Assembly (NCBI RefSeq): GCF_006345805.1
Contig: NW_021832120.1
Span: forward strand, 248,001 to 312,000
DNA: 64,000 nucleotides
DNA from: Octopus sinensis
Taxonomy: Eukaryota
Reading direction: 5' to 3'
The translations under genes were made by a program, and so were the position numbers. The notes below the pieces were generated by a model. That model saw only the letters and a list, made by a program, of their open reading frames with translations, searched no databases and had not been told where the DNA came from. Shown here one piece after another: positions 39,034 to 50,297 of the stretch (the stretch's first letter is position 1; each line of letters opens with the position of its first letter).

Positions 39034-40048
39034 ATGTCCTTGGATCGTGTTTTTGTTAGCCCCCTTGGCTGAGGCAACGAGTACTTCTGGCACGACACAG
39101 TTGAAAAATGGGGATCTCCTACCTTTCTTCGGTCTTGGCGTGGCGTTGTGGGGTCCACCATGTCAGTTGGAACTTCCAATCGGATATGGCAACGCTCAGG
39201 AGGCACTTGATGCCTACCGAAAAAGGACTCAAACGAAAGAAAGACCGGCGACAATACCTCTTCGGTCACCACCCCCGCGGGAGACTAAGGCATACGGTCG
39301 GTGGGGACGGTGGGGCACCTGATCATGTCGGTGTCGATGACTGTGGTCTCCCTCCAAGTCATCTTCGAGTACATCAAGGCCCTGTTTTCGGGGAAAATAG
39401 AAATAGAACTGGATGCAGTGTCGATCGGAATTTTATCGGCCACGATTGGTAGATTATCAGCACATGTGTGATTAGTCTCAAAGGCAGTCCTCTTTCTCCT
39501 TCTCTTCCAGAAGAAGACTCCTCCCTTCAGGACGATTCAAAAGGACAGCTTCAACGACGTCCTCAGCAACTCGTTTACTTTGATTTGTGTGTTCGCTGGT
39601 CAGTCGATGTTACTGAGTTGTAGTCACCCAAGGAGTGCGCAACTGGAACCCCAACTGGAAGTATTTGGACCCCCTGGTGGCCATTGCCCTGTCCTCCTAC
39701 ATTGTGGTGGGGTGGGTCCTCGTCTCTCTCGGTCTGCAGTGTTGCCCATTTAAGATTTGGGGAGGAGTGAGTGGAGTGACTGCAGACTCTCACTTCATCC
39801 AGCGACTGGCCTGGGTGTCTCAACCACCACGGGACATAATCAGCATTGACACGATACGCGGAATCCACTTTGGGGACAATCTAATTGCGGACGTGCACAT
39901 TGTCCTGCCCCCTTCCATGGCAATCAGCACAGCCCATGACATTGGCGAGTCACTCCAACTCGAACGGTTCGAGGATGTCCAAATGGCCTTTGTGCACCTC
40001 GACTACGAGTCCGACCACCATCCGTCCGTCGAGCATGTGTTTAAATGA
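39034..40048 (+). pseudogene. Cation diffusion facilitator (MTP/Mn-CDF type), with lesions
   Basis: KDSFNDVLSN, YLDPLVAIAL, IDTIRGIHFG..ADVHIVLP...AHDIGESLQ..FVHLDYE. In-frame TGA at 39102 and several small deletions. Confidence 0.8.
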
Positions 40049-40065
40049 TAGTTGTATCTTTTATT

Positions 40066-40270
40066 CAAAAAGGCCGAGTTGTTAGAGCAGGTGAGGATGG
40101 TGATGAATACGCAGATTAACGTCCTCTGCGGGAAGTGTTAGGACATGTGCGTGGACAAAGTGGATCGACCACTCTCGGCCGGCAACAACAACTGTCTGAA
40201 GGACTGTGCCACCAACTTTGTCAACTCTACCCTACTCATTGCCCAACGATTGGTCAATAACACTAAATAA
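40066..40270 (+). pseudogene. TIMM8: Small Tim chaperone (Tim8-like, twin CX3C) with TAG at the conserved Trp
   Basis: KC*DMCVDK...NCLKDCATNFVNSTLLIAQRL; TAG at 40139-40141 where CWDxC is expected. Confidence 0.7.
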
Positions 40271-40284
40271 CATTTACAAAATTG

Positions 40285-41353
40285 TCAGTCGAAAAGAGAA
40301 CAAACCCGGGAGAGAGAGTACTGGCCATACTCCTCTGCAGGGATAAGGGCGGACAGTACTCTTGTATATACTGAATGTTATGTTGTCGCACACATTCAAC
40401 TCGTCCCCCCACACATTCCACTGCAGACACGGCCGCTGGGAGTCATCAACACTCCTCACCCACAAATAATGTCCGAATTTGAGTTGGCAGACGTGCACGA
40501 CTTGGGTGGCCACCACATTCCTGGTCATACAAAAACATACTCGTCGAAAGTGTAGACCCACACGGCTGCTGATGTGGCAATGGCCAGTGCGTGGTAGTGT
40601 CTCCGTTGTTGGGGGCAAACACACAGTCCAGAGGGGGCGAGTCGGGCAGTTCAAACACTCTTTTACGATTGCCTTTCAAATCTGTGAGGACGACCGACCC
40701 ACATTCGTCCCCACCCACAGCCACTGCCAGCAGAGGGGGGAACATTCTTAAATAGGCAGCCCAAGGAACCTCGAGTTACTCCAGGAGAGAGAGCGAGAGG
40801 GAGCCTGTAGGTCGATGGAGCGGAGAACAACCCAACTGTCGAGGAAGGCAATGTTAGTGCTTATCATAACATTAACCAGCCCGTCAATACTCAGACCGGC
40901 CTCACACTTACGACTGCCCACAAACCAGTGTCAGGTCGTAGGGGAGAACTTGGTGCAAATGACTGACTTGTTCCAGTACCCCAGTCGACAGCAGACCCTC
41001 CAAACTCGGGTAGTCCTCTTATTTGATGGATTTTTCTCGTCTGCTGTGGGGGAAGGAGGTGACCTTTTTCCTGGAAAATGAAGACTTTGAAGTCTAATGC
41101 GCCCGAGGCAATGACACTGCCGTAGTGCTCGGGTGCCCAACAGGCTGTGAGGACGCGGCCATTGTGGTGCTGGGAGTGGGGGAGGCTTAGTAACCCGCAG
41201 TGTTGTACTGCATCTCCACGTATCGCCTGTCCTATCCCAAACCTTGACTAACGAATCACTGGAACATGTCAGCATTCGCGTGCTGTTGAAATTGAGGGCA
41301 ATTGAATTGATCACATCCTCGTGTCCGGATTTCACTTGCGTTCCACAAGGCAT
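40285..41353 (-). pseudogene. SEH1L: Nucleoporin Seh1 (Sec13/Seh1 WD40 family); ~7 micro-introns, 2 frameshifts
   Basis: GHEDVINSIA..RMLTCSSD..VKVWD, WAPEHYGSVIASG..D, FAPNNG.RHYHALAIAT, LQWNVWG. Confidence 0.78.
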
Positions 41354-41683
41354 TATTATTTATTTATTAACTCCAAGATCACCGAGAAAGATAGGTCAGA
41401 ACTAACTAATTAGGTGATCCCTGCCTCCAACCACAGCCGTACTTTCCTTACATGATCTTCTGATGACCCGACCGTAATCCGGAAAAGCCTTCTCTTTCTT
41501 CTGCAGAGGAACTCAATTGGAGTGCATTTCTTTATAACCGACCGAAATTCCTCTGCATTATTATTCTTTCCAATATATTTAATACATTTTCTGAAGTGGG
41601 ACGAGAAATGGCTTTTTAGCCTCTCACAGTACAGTTATAATTAATAAAGTAAATAGTTTAAATAAATAAGTGTTGTTAGTTGA

Positions 41684-42645
41684 ATGGAGGACGAAGAACA
41701 GTTTAACGACACAGTGCGTGAATATGTGGTGGTTTCCCAGTGTGACCCTCCTAGGTTGTCTTCCTAATGTGGATCACCGTCTACCTCGCCTCCTTCTACA
41801 CCATCGGGAGATATCGCACAAGTCTGAAAGTGCTCTACAGGACGGATGACCGAGTGACCCACTACTTGACGTACCATTGTGTCCCTCCTTCAGTTTCTCC
41901 ATCTGCTCACTCGTCCTCTCCTTCGTCCTGACCAGCACTCTCCTCCTCCCCCTCTCCATTCTCAACCACGAGATCACTCACAAATACCCCTCCTTCCCCA
42001 CTCTGTTCCGTCATCAATTGTAGTCAACTGTCTCCACTCTCTAGGTTTGTGGTACTTTGTGTCCTCCACTGTGGGGGTGCCCTACCTTCTCCTCATTCCA
42101 TACTTCCTTCTCGAGTCGGCCCGATTCCGCGGACCATTCAGAGTAAGGACTACTCCACATTGCAGGGCATCCTCGGGAGGGTGAGTGAGGCCGTCTGCGT
42201 GCTGTGCCTCCTCGGTTGGGTCCTTCTCCACATTGCTTTCATTGTGCAGGACCGATATTCCAAACACTACTTCTCTCACCTCTACGAACAGTTTTATTCC
42301 ATTTTGTGTCTTCTCGGAGTCGGTTTCCACCTGTGTAAGTCACCTCGGCTTGTTGTAGTCTGCGCTCACCGAGGACTGTCCTCCCTCATGCCATTTCACA
42401 CGCGACGGACAGTCCGATTGCTTTATTTCACTTATTTCGTTTATTCCGCGTTTGGGAGTGTCCGTGATGGTGGTCTCTATATGACTGACCACGTAATCCT
42501 TTATTCTGATTGACAGGGGGATCACTTCGTGTCCAAACTCGGCCCTTTGGTGGATGTGGGAATGATTTTGTACGCTTATTCGGTCACCCAAGTAGATATT
42601 AAAGTGTGTGGTACACATTGGAAAAATATGTGGCGGAAAAAATAG
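41684..42645 (+). pseudogene. LMBR1: LMBR1/LMBR1L-like membrane protein, shortened and lesioned
   Basis: MEDEEQFNDTVREYV, LLLPLSILNHE..KYP, YFLLES, GILGRVSEA; small deletions; 3' end uncertain. Confidence 0.7.
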
Positions 42646-43061
42646 TTGAGTACTCAGACTGTGGAAATTAGAAAGAAAATGACTGGAGTATGAGGCGTAA
42701 CAGTCCAACTTTTGAAATGTTCATTTTAGGAGGCCGTTAAATATTTGCCAAGTTGGAAGGCTCAAGGCTACAATGTGTGTAATTTTTGAACAAATGCTTA
42801 ATGTAATAAAAGGAGAAATCGTTCCAGGAGATTGGTTCTATATAGGGGCGGCATATTTTATCCCGATAAGTGAAAATTCAGTGTCCACAAAAAAGTAAAG
42901 ACTTATAACAGGCATGCTGTTGCTATATAAACTAATGACCAATTGTGTAAACATCAAGCTTGATGCGTTTGTGGAAGCCTCCGCCCTTCTCTCAAAAAAT
43001 CAATTAAGAACGAAGAAGCTTTGTCAAAGGGCAAAAAAATAAGCTTTAGTAAACAAAGATA

Positions 43062-44940
43062 CAGTACGACCCCGGTTTGGGGCAGACCCCATGGGTGGGG
43101 CACCCTCGGGTTTTGGGGCACCCCCGCTTTTAGGGGCAGTTTTTGAAAACAGTAAATTTTTCATTCTATTATTTATTTTTGATGACCCCGGTTTGGGGCA
43201 CTTATTTAATTTATTTAATTACAAAATGTTAGTTTATTTATTAATTATTAATTAATACTATTATTTCACGTGTTTATTTTGACTTTAGTATGGTTCGTAA
43301 AAAGAATTCAAAGATTAATTATGAAACAAAAATTAAAATCGCTAAAGATATAAAACATGGTCAATTTTCAGAAAGAGATCTTGCTAAAAAGTATAAAACG
43401 AGCAAAGGTATCTTTTTTAACTAATTATTAATTACAGGTACTATTTCTCGCATTAAACAAAATTTTGTTTATTATTTTGACGCGGGATTAACTGAATCCG
43501 ATAGAATCAAGGAATCACATGATCCAAATAATGAATTAGATAGATTAGTTTTTGAAACTTTTCTACGTCTGAGAGATGAATTTCTTCCAATTTCTGGAAC
43601 TATCTTAAAACTGATTGCAAAAAAATTATCTAAAAAGATAAATTATGAATCATTTAAGGCATCAAATGGATGGCTAGACCGGTTCAAGAAAAGACACGAG
43701 TTGCTATTTAAAACTATAAGTGGAGAAAAGAATTCATCTGACCTTTCTACGGTTTCCAATTTTTTTGCTGATTATGACAACTGTTTGGAAACTGTAGGAA
43801 GTGAAAATATTTTTAACTGTGATGAAACAGCTTTATACATAAAGCGAACGCCGTCGAAATCTTTTGTTCAATTTAATGACAAATGCAATGGAATTAAAAT
43901 GAGCAAAGAGAAAGTTACCCTTCTCCTTTGTTGTAATGCACTTGGTGAAAAGTTAAAACCTCTATTAATTGGAAAATTCAAATCTCCTAGGTGTTTAAAA
44001 AATTTTAACGCTGAGGATCACGGAGTACTATATGCTGCATCAAAAAATTCGTGGATGACTAGTGATATTTTTGGAAATGGTTATGGAAAGTAAATCAAGA
44101 TATGATCAATGAAAAGAGAAAAATTGTCTTAATACTGGATAATGCGAGCTGTCACAGAAATACAGAATATTCCAATGTTTATTTACTTTTTCTTCCCAAA
44201 AATACGACCGCTTTAATTCAACCCCTAGATATGGGAATAATAAAATCCTTCAAGTCCCTCTATTTCAATAAACTGATTGATTTTACTCTTATATTTGAAA
44301 AAGAACAGCTTTCTGATTTGAATTTGAATAATGTCAATCTTAGACAAGTCATTACAGTTGTCGGGGAGGCATGGAAAATGATGTCAGAGACAACGATAAT
44401 TAATTGCTGGCAGAAAATAAATGAAAACAGATCAAAAATTTCGGATAATGTACAGTTGGACGAAGAATTAATAGATGACGTGATTTCAGATGTTATTTCA
44501 ATGGATTCGACAGATATTATTGAGGACAAAATTACTTATGATGGATATGAATCTAAAAAATCATCAATTAAAGAAATCATAAACATCGTGAATTCTCTAG
44601 AAGATAATATTTTCAGTACATGTCCACAATTTTTGAAAATCTACTACGAATTTAGAAAAAACCTATCAGGAGAACTGAAAAAAAACCAATTCGGTGAGAA
44701 AATTACTGATTACTTTTAATAGTATTTTTTGTTGGATTTATTAAAATTTTTAAATTTTATTAAGAAAGGACTATGTTAGAATTTTTATTAATATTAAATA
44801 TTTTAATTTATAGTCTAAAATGCAATAAAAATCTATTGAGGAGAAAATAAAAGCAAAAAATCTTTACCCTCACATTTTGGGGCACCCCCGCTTTTTGGGG
44901 CACTATGATAAAAATGCTGCCCCAAACCGGGGTCGTACTG
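43062..44940 (+). mobile_element. Full-length pogo/Tigger DNA transposon
   Basis: Perfect TIRs CAGTACGACCCCGGTTTGGGGCAG, TA TSD, repeated subterminal TTTTGGGGCAC motifs. Confidence 0.95.
43290..44719 (+). CDS. Tigger transposase (HTH_psq, CENP-B HTH, DDE_1); 30-nt intron at 43408-43437; one frameshift near 44070
   Basis: FKASNGWLDRFKKRH, IFNCDETAL, LILDNASCH, FLPKNTTALIQPLDMGII. Confidence 0.88.
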
Positions 44941-44949
44941 TATAAACAA

Positions 44950-45445
44950 TACGAATGATTAGAAACTTCATAGTGCATAGATCGATGTTAAAAAAGCATT
45001 CGATTAAACAGATCACGACTTCTGAAACAGATTTCGGAAAAGTCTGGTCCACCTGGATGGATTGTCAAGTTTGTTGAGCCGATATTCACCAGATGTAAAG
45101 TCAAACTAGAATTTAATAACAAGTAAATTCGAGATGTACGCATCGAGAAAGGAATCTTGGAAGTGGACTGTTTGTCCCCCGTGCTATTTGTCCTTGTATT
45201 AGACCCTTTGAGTCGTTTATTATTTCATAACTTCGGAAAAATCTTCATAGGGGGACGTTATTTTTAACAAATCACTATCTTTTCATCAATTATGTCGAAA
45301 ATTTTTTCGAAAAGTGAGAATTTTTTTGTTAGAATGGTGGAAGAGGTGAAATGGCATTTGCGTCCAGCTGACTTTGAGAAAAATCTGGAAAAGTCAGCTA
45401 CGAATGCCGCATTGCTATCAACGTAAGCAAAAGGTTTTGAATAAA
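44950..45445 (+). mobile_element. Degraded R4-like RT remnant; 45119-45445 is duplicated at 48432-48760
   Basis: IEKGIL..DCLSPVLFVLVLDPLSRL, NHYLF, EKSATN; the second copy continues to ~49020 (KLNGVNMFNAINEH). Confidence 0.65.
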
Positions 45446-45551
45446 CGTTAAAAAACTTGAGAAACCCTGAGCTAGACTATTATCTGGTTCTAACGATCTT
45501 CCGTGTTTCAGTTTTAGTGATCATACAATTATAATAATTAAAAATTAATTT

Positions 45552-46552
45552 TTAAATCATGTACATTGAACAAAAATAATAACATCGATTGTCGATTAAG
45601 TCAAGTATCTCAGAAAAAAATTTGTTCAAATCGGCATGCCATTTGTAAAACATGCTTTTCGGATCAACGATCGAAGAAATAGAAGAATAAAAATCATAGG
45701 ATAAATCACGGATAACACGATGGCATAATTCAATATCAGGAAATTCTTTGTAAACATTAAATTCCGCTAGTGATTCAAATCTAAATTAACATAAAATTGA
45801 AAAACTAATATACATTGAAGGAGTGAAAGTTGAATTTTTTGCGGATATTAAAAACAAAGCTATATACCAAACAATACAATCATAATCTGTTTGATGTTCG
45901 ACCCCAGGCAAAATGAGGCAAATCCATCTTTTGATTAATTTAATACCATATTCTTTATTTCCTATAATGTCCAGATTTATTATTTCCTGACTACACTAAT
46001 GAAGTAAATTAATGAATAAATACGTCAAAAAATAACCGAGCTTTAATAACTGCATCTTTCAATGATTGGTAATTTAATGAAACAAATTTAACAAAAACAG
46101 AATTCAATAATAACGAATGACCAATAAAGATTACTAAAACCTTAGAAATTTCATGAATTAACTCATCAAAGTGTCTTAAATAATTTATCCTAAAAAATAT
46201 AAATTAAAAAATAACATTGATAAAATAGAAATGTATATTTCATCCAATCTATGTTTTTCGACAAATGATATTGACGTCCATAAGAAATAAGTATCAGATA
46301 CATTAAGTACTAAATATATATTTTTTATAAGAAATAACAAGAAAAAAATACATAGCACATAAATGAAGCCATGTTTTACTTTGATTTTTTCTATCCGAAC
46401 TAAATAATAAAATAAAACTACCGATTGATAATTTTTTGCAAAATTGCAACATTTTGTTCTTGGGATGAAATCCTTTGACAGATTAGACCCATAAATTCTT
46501 CTATTATAATAGATAATTTTCTGATATCACAATTATCAATAGTTTCCTCCAT
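45552..46552 (-). CDS. Unidentified multi-exon protein (orphan)
   Basis: ATG-initiated MEETIDNCDIRKLSIIIEEFMGLIC..., a series of short exons separated by apparent GT-AG micro-introns, last exon FESLAEFNVYKEFPDIELCHRV...; no recognised motif; internal exons not fully resolved. Confidence 0.5.
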
Positions 46553-46806
46553 ACTTTAATTAAAAATAATACAAATGGACAGAAAAATAAATATTAAAAC
46601 ATTTCCCGTAAATTGCGTGAAATAAATTCTTACCGTGATAGCTGTTTCTAGAAAAATCTGGTTTTTTGTTAAAATAATAAATTCTACTAGCGTGTGCCAG
46701 AAAATCTGAGTATATGAAGCTGAGAGCGAACTGTAATAAATTAATATTAAGAAAGAACTCAAAATAACTATAACTATTCAATTGATCAAAAAAAATGAAA
46801 AAATAA

Positions 46807-48405
46807 TGTCACCGGTTTTTGCTGGCACCCGGCATCTCCTTGGACCGCCCTAAAAATCGACTAAATCGCTTTATTTATATCTAATTATTCCGTGATAAAA
46901 ATACATTTTATTTTTGTCGCGTGATAAAATCTCAACTTTATCCCAAAAGCTAACCTAACTTTAACCTCATCCCTATCCCTAACTTTATCCCTAACCTTAT
47001 CCCTAACCCTAACCCCAACCTATCCTTAACCCTTATTTTAACACAAGCCTTATTTTTTATAAACAAAAACATTAATCAATTTTATAAAGTCTCGCAATGT
47101 TTGTTCCTTTTACGACAAATCCTTCTTCATCTTGAATATCAAAATTCATATTTTCTCTGGCAATAACTTTATATTTTTTGTATCAATTTGATCATATAAT
47201 GGAGAATTTCTATTCTGTGGATTAGCATCAATATCTTGCCGCAATAGAACATTATCCCCCGCCTTAATCCGCATTATAACACGTGATAACCTTCGAATTT
47301 CCATTTCCGTTTGTTTTTCATTTTTTCTCCTGCTTTCGTTAGATTCTCGTATGTTGATAACAAATTTTTTGCAACAAATGCAATTTTTTTTGCATTTTCA
47401 TTATCAGTTACTTAATTTTTAACAAATTTAATTTTAGCATCAGCATCTTCTCCATTAAACGCGCAGAGAGCTTCCATTTCTTTATCACTTGGTGCATAAA
47501 TGCCTCTTACTCCCATAAAGATATTGAAAGGAATATGCTTTGTTGTTGCATGTCGTGAACGATTATAGTCGTAAACAATTCCTTTGATAATATCTTTATA
47601 GACGCCAAAAGTTCTATTAGAACTACTTGTAGATGAAATCCACCTTTTGATAGATTGATTAAATCTAAAAAGTTTGGTAATTTATTTGCTGTAGGTTACC
47701 TTTCAACCTGGCCCTGAATCCAAGGTGCTCTAGGTCTTCAACAAACATGTTTTATTTTCATTTTTTCGCAAATTTCATTTACATAGAAATTCTTAAATTC
47801 CCTCCCGTTATCGGTTTGTAGAATGACTGGGGGGCCAATTATGTAAAAATATTTTGTAATAACGAAAAAATCTCAGCACCAGATTTATTTTTGGCTAGCT
47901 CCACAACTCCAAACTTGGAAAAAGAATCAATAAGTATAAATACCTATAAATTACAATTTTGAAAATATAACCAAGAATTTGAATCATTCACTTCTGCATA
48001 TCGGCGCAGATCAACAGTTGCCAGTTAGCCTGGGGCTTCCATGCCCTTAACCTGAGGGTTCTGGGTTCGATTCCCAGCGCTATCTGGTCGAACTGGATTT
48101 CTCGTTCTTGACTTCTTTCCTATTAGAAAAGGCGTCATGTGATCCACCCGTTGGGAGGCGCCGTTAACAAAAGGATCATTTGCTACCCACACACCCATTG
48201 GACGTCCCTTTGGGTCATCCTTCTGGATGCCTACAAGACCGTTAATTAGTTTGGTTTACTTGTGTCTGTTTGGTGTTTAAAATAAATAAATAAACAAAAT
48301 CGGCAATATATCTATCTCTAGGTCTTCTTGCAATAATCGGCGTTATAGGTGCTTTAGTGGCCATTAATTTTTTAACTATAAATAAATTTTAATGTTTTTA
48401 CCTGA
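46807..48405 (-). mobile_element. Ginger-like element C with an intron-containing DDE integrase core (degraded)
   Basis: TGTCACCGG terminus and CCCTAA-like subterminal repeats. RPRDRYIADFVDL, LIDSFSKF, LQTDNGREFKN, PWIQGQVE|RFNQSIK, YNRSRHATTKHIPF. Introns at 47665-47699 and 47944-47971. Confidence 0.8.
48017..48292 (+). mobile_element. tRNA-derived SINE inserted into the Ginger integrase
   Basis: Pol III B box GGGTTCGATTCCC, A-box-like TAGCCTGG, (TAAA)n tail, short AACA duplication; removal restores ADFVDL. Confidence 0.78.
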
Positions 48406-49137
48406 CAAAAGACTCAGTTATTGATAACTTGCAAGTAAATTCGAGATTTACGCATCGAGAAAGGAATCTTGGAATTGGACTGTTTGTCCCCCATGCTATT
48501 TGTCCTTGTATTAGACCCTTTGAGTCGTTTATAATCTCATAACTTCGGAAAAATCCCTATAGGGGGACGTTATTTTTAACAAATCACTATCTTTTCATCA
48601 ATTATGTCGAAACTTTTCTCGAAAAGTGAGGATTTTTTTGTTAGGATGGTGGAAGAGGTGAAATGGCATTTGCGTGCAGCTGACTTTGGGAAAAATCTTG
48701 AAAAGTCAGCTACGAATGCTGCATTGCTATCAACGTAAGCAAAAGTTTTTGAATAAATTGGTGGATATAAGTACTTTAGAGTTTAACTGAGAAAATTCAA
48801 AAAATTGGACATGCTAAAAATAATTCTCAGAAAATTAATCACGAGAATTGAAAAATTAACATGTAGAAAACTGAATGGAGTAAACATGTTCAATGCAATT
48901 AATGAACACGCTTTCTCACCGTACAGCTATTACATTGAGTTAGTCGATATTGAGCCAATCGAATATGAAATAGTGGACGATAGAATCCTTGCAAAATTAA
49001 TAGAATACAAGATACCCTTTTGACCGGCGACCCTTTTGACCGGCGATCACCTTATTGCTGAGAAAAAGATGGAGGGACCTCACCACCTCGGTAATCATTT
49101 GAATATCTTCGCATGTCTTTAGATTGTCGAAATGGTT

Positions 49138-49450
49138 TCAAGAATCACAAGTTGATATAAAATGGCGAATAACTTTTTGATTTATATCAATATATTTTTG
49201 GGAAATTAAATGGCACATCTTGGAAACTCCAGGATGTCCGATAGAATGTTCTTTAGTTAAAATTGAATTAATTTTGGATTTTTGAAAAGAACAGACAACA
49301 GTACAAAAGTTTCCATTAAGTGGAAGAATTAATTCTCCATTTATAAATTTTAAATTCTGACACTTTCGGCGTAACGTACGTCTTTGATTTTCATTGAAAT
49401 CATTAGGATACTCATTATATTCAACATAGTTCATTATGTTCTTTAATTCA
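49138..49450 (-). mobile_element. Integrase N-terminal HHCC zinc-binding fragment (Ginger-like)
   Basis: YPNDFNENQRRTLRRK...EHSIGHPGVSKM...ISTCDS*. Confidence 0.7.
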
Positions 49451-50297
49451 TAGGGTGTTTTAAGAGCTAAACTTGAAAGATATTTTTGAGATTTTGTTTA
49501 AATTATCCTACGTTAAAGTTTAAATTAATTATGATTTTGTGGAGCCTGTAGTTTATGATTTTGTGAATATAAGATCTACAGGAGGTGAAATCATGAGACC
49601 TTAATTCACCAGTAATTTTATTATGGATATGCTTAAACATGCACCCGACTGGAAGGCATGTGGATGTGACGGAATGTATAACTTTTTCATCAAGAAGTTG
49701 GACTCTACATGCGTTTCTGTGTAAAAAGATAATCCGAATAATTAACGGAGAGTAAATGCCTGATAACTGGTTGACATTGAAAAGGCCTCCGACTCGGTGT
49801 GGCACGACGGTCTCCGGAGGCCTCACTAAACTACACTGGTCAGCAGCATACAAGAAACTGGTTCAAAGCATTTAGAAATCTTAGCACATGATTACTACTA
49901 GACGATGAATCCCTACGAATTAGTATCTGCTTAGGCATGGGCTTGGATATCTGCCAGCCCCACCAATGCCGGTTTCATGTAAGAAAAGTTCTGGTATAAT
50001 TTCTTGTCAAACTTTACTTAACGACGTTTTTATGAGTGCTTTAGAGTCGGCAGGTTTCCTTTCCGTTCTAGAGCCTGTCGGTCTTTTCAGGAGAGACAGT
50101 AGGCGTCCCGACGGTGTGACTATTTTTCTTTAAAGAAGGCAAGTTCTCGGTTTGGAATGCCACTTGTGCCGACTCGTTATCTGCGACGATGCTATCAAAG
50201 ACCGTTAGCAACCCGGGCTTTGCCAATGTTCAGACTGAGAGAGTCAAAAAGGACAAAATACATTTGTATCTCGGATGCTTTTGAATTTGTCCCCTTA

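Noticed and set aside
39102-40141. Stop-codon reassignment (TGA/TAG read as Trp) or selenocysteine
   Set aside because: Clean genes end in all three stops (SRSF7 TGA, Ssu72 TAG, PITP and NPHP1 TAA) and contain no internal stops. The affected genes have other lesions.
46950-47035. Telomere or chromosome-breakage site (CCCTAA-like repeats)
   Set aside because: Short, degenerate and located in the subterminal region of a TIR element.
48017-48090. Functional tRNA gene
   Set aside because: A T-arm/B box is present but I could not form a full cloverleaf; it continues into a ~200-bp body with a (TAAA)n tail and interrupts an integrase, so it is a SINE head.
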